In this document: in pieces, positions 62,704-64,000 of the stretch
Position numbering within the stretch: position 1 is the stretch's first letter
Layout of the letters: every line of letters starts with the position of its first letter
Source: a virus
Direction: 5' to 3' (one strand)
Virus record (IMG/VR): IMGVR_UViG_3300022752_000020
Span: 32,001-96,000 of that record
DNA: 64,000 nucleotides
Program-made: the position numbers and the translations under genes
The notes under the pieces: model-generated
Told to the model about the DNA's origin: nothing
Database searches by the model: none
Seen by the model: the letters and a program-made list of their open reading frames with translations, nothing else

Positions 62704-63627
62704 TTCAAATGCAGGCAAGCTAAGATTACTAACAGTGCCAGGACGATCAGTATACCGATAAGCATCACCTACTTTAGGCAATTTATTTTTTATCTTATCC
62801 AAGGCTCCACCAATAGCACCAATTGGTCCTTTATCAATTACTTCCTTACCAAATTCTATTACCTTTTCTAATGCGTATCCTGCTGATGTAAATAAACCCA
62901 TAATTACTGGAAAAGTTTCAGCAAACCATTTTTTACCGGCATCAGTACGAAACCATGCCATGGCAGCAACTTCACCCACACGGGCAACATGTCCCAACCA
63001 ACGTCTACTAACTTCAGCAGCTCTAGGAAATCCAGTAGCCTGTATCATTTTTGCTATAGTTTTACTACCAACTTTGCCTATAGCCCCAACGACTTTGGGC
63101 ATAATAAGTCCCATAATAAATTCACCATTAAGTTTAGCCAATTGTTCTTCATAATTTGGGTCTTTAGGATCTAATGCCCATCTACTCATCAAATAGTCAT
63201 AAGTTCCATAAAGTAAACTTGCTGTTGTAGCAAATGATACACCCAAGTTAGCCAGTTTTTCTTGAGCTGCTGTAGCTGCCTGCATATTGTTCACTATAGC
63301 TGCTTGATGATTTTTTTCTCCTTGCCTTATTATAGCTTTTTTCATACTATCAATACGCCACTTACCAACAGTTGAATTTTTACTAAAGCCAATTTTATTC
63401 CACCAAGTGCCAGCATATTGTTGTGCTGCTTGTCTTTGAGCAGCTACTTGTCCAGGTATTTTAGGTATAGGAACTCGTGAAACATTTGCAGGTAGTGTAC
63501 GTGATCCACGCCATAATCCACCTAAAGCTCTAGCACCCGCACTAATCAGTTTACCAGTTCCAATAGCAGCTAACGGTATTATGAATTCATCTAATTCTTC
63601 TTCTGTCAACAATTCATTAAGTTTCAT
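62689..63627 (-). CDS. Hypothetical 312-aa protein with hydrophobic helices, possible internal virion protein
   Basis: MKLNELLTEEELDE N-terminus; Gly/Ala-rich hydrophobic segments; TAAATA 4 nt before the ATG. Confidence 0.7.
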   Translation of the reverse strand: MKLNELLTEEELDEFIIPLAAIGTGKLISAGARALGGLWRGSRTLPANVSRVPIPKIPGQVAAQRQAAQQYAGTWWNKIGFSKNSTVGKWRIDSMKKAIIRQGEKNHQAAIVNNMQAATAAQEKLANLGVSFATTASLLYGTYDYLMSRWALDPKDPNYEEQLAKLNGEFIMGLIMPKVVGAIGKVGSKTIAKMIQATGFPRAAEVSRRWLGHVARVGEVAAMAWFRTDAGKKWFAETFPVIMGLFTSAGYALEKVIEFGKEVIDKGPIGAIGGALDKIKNKLPKVGDAYRYTDRPGTVSNLSLPAFESHQR

Positions 63628-63643
63628 CTTATATTTATTTAGG

Positions 63644-63690
63644 AGAGTGAAGCTACGCTCACTCTTTTTTAGGACTTATCGTCCTAAAAA
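63644..63690. terminator. Two adjacent hairpins with T-runs (terminator-like)
   Basis: agagtga..tcactct-ttttt and ttttaggac-ttatc-gtcctaaaa. Confidence 0.5.
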
Positions 63691-63719
63691 CTTTTTTCTT
63701 TCTTCTTTGTTTTTTTTAA

Positions 63720-64000
63720 TATTATGCAGATTGTGACGTCACTCTTCGCCCGTCCGAGGGCGAAAGGAACATTATGCGAGTTGCTCAGTCCATAGCATTA
63801 GTGCATTACAGAGGCGGTTGTCCGGTACCTCGAGCACAGTCTTCATACAACGGCGGTTAATATACAGTATGCTATCACTATATACTAACGTGCTGCGTTT
63901 TTACAGCGTCTTTTAGCCTTTTAATCCTGTTCAAACAGCCAAATCACGGCATTTAAGTGATCGTCATCCTTGCGGGTAGTGGCTGAGTACTCACTACGGC
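63720..64000 (-). ncRNA. Candidate large structured non-coding RNA, 3' part (truncated at right edge); family not identified
   Basis: No listed ORF; dense helices including a 13-bp stem (63856-63889) that is fully paired only on the minus strand via two G.U pairs, TTCGCCC/GGGCGAA, and CC-GCAA-GG. Confidence 0.5.

Noticed and set aside
1-64000. Stop-codon reassignment, as in some large phages
   Set aside because: Very long genes are fully open under the standard code, and TGA acts as a stop at 15287 and 62701.
1-64000. Diversity-generating retroelement, tRNAs, introns/inteins or transposases
   Set aside because: By eye I saw no reverse transcriptase, adenine-specific TR/VR pair, cloverleaf or interruption of portal, protease or capsid genes. 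A dedicated scan was not possible.

Overview
A 64-kb piece of the virion-morphogenesis region of a large T4-like (gp23/gp21/gp20-type) tailed phage. It uses the standard genetic code and is almost entirely on the minus strand. From right to left it contains: a truncated structured non-coding region; a divergent gp26-like/tail-chaperone gene with an apparent -1 frameshift extension; a tape-measure-like gene; portal, core, protease, scaffold and major capsid genes with three glycan-modification-like enzymes interleaved; and about 49 kb of appendage genes. Two giant proteins dominate the appendage region. The first is a 6904-aa protein with a T4 gp37-like N-terminus and a beta-helix. It carries 34 tandem helical repeats with an invariant C-x-(R/E/Q)-D motif that resemble the bilin-binding globin core of phycobiliproteins. 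The second is a >5096-aa ORF missed by the ORF track (15290 to beyond the left edge). It consists of 23 almost proline-free Gly-X-Gln collagen-like blocks separated by 21 aromatic CBM5/12-like modules and 2 other domains. Each giant gene is preceded by a paralogous two-gene cassette. TAAATA late-promoter motifs and several structured leaders are visible. All family assignments are by eye and from remembered motifs; no searches were run, and counts and boundaries are manual.
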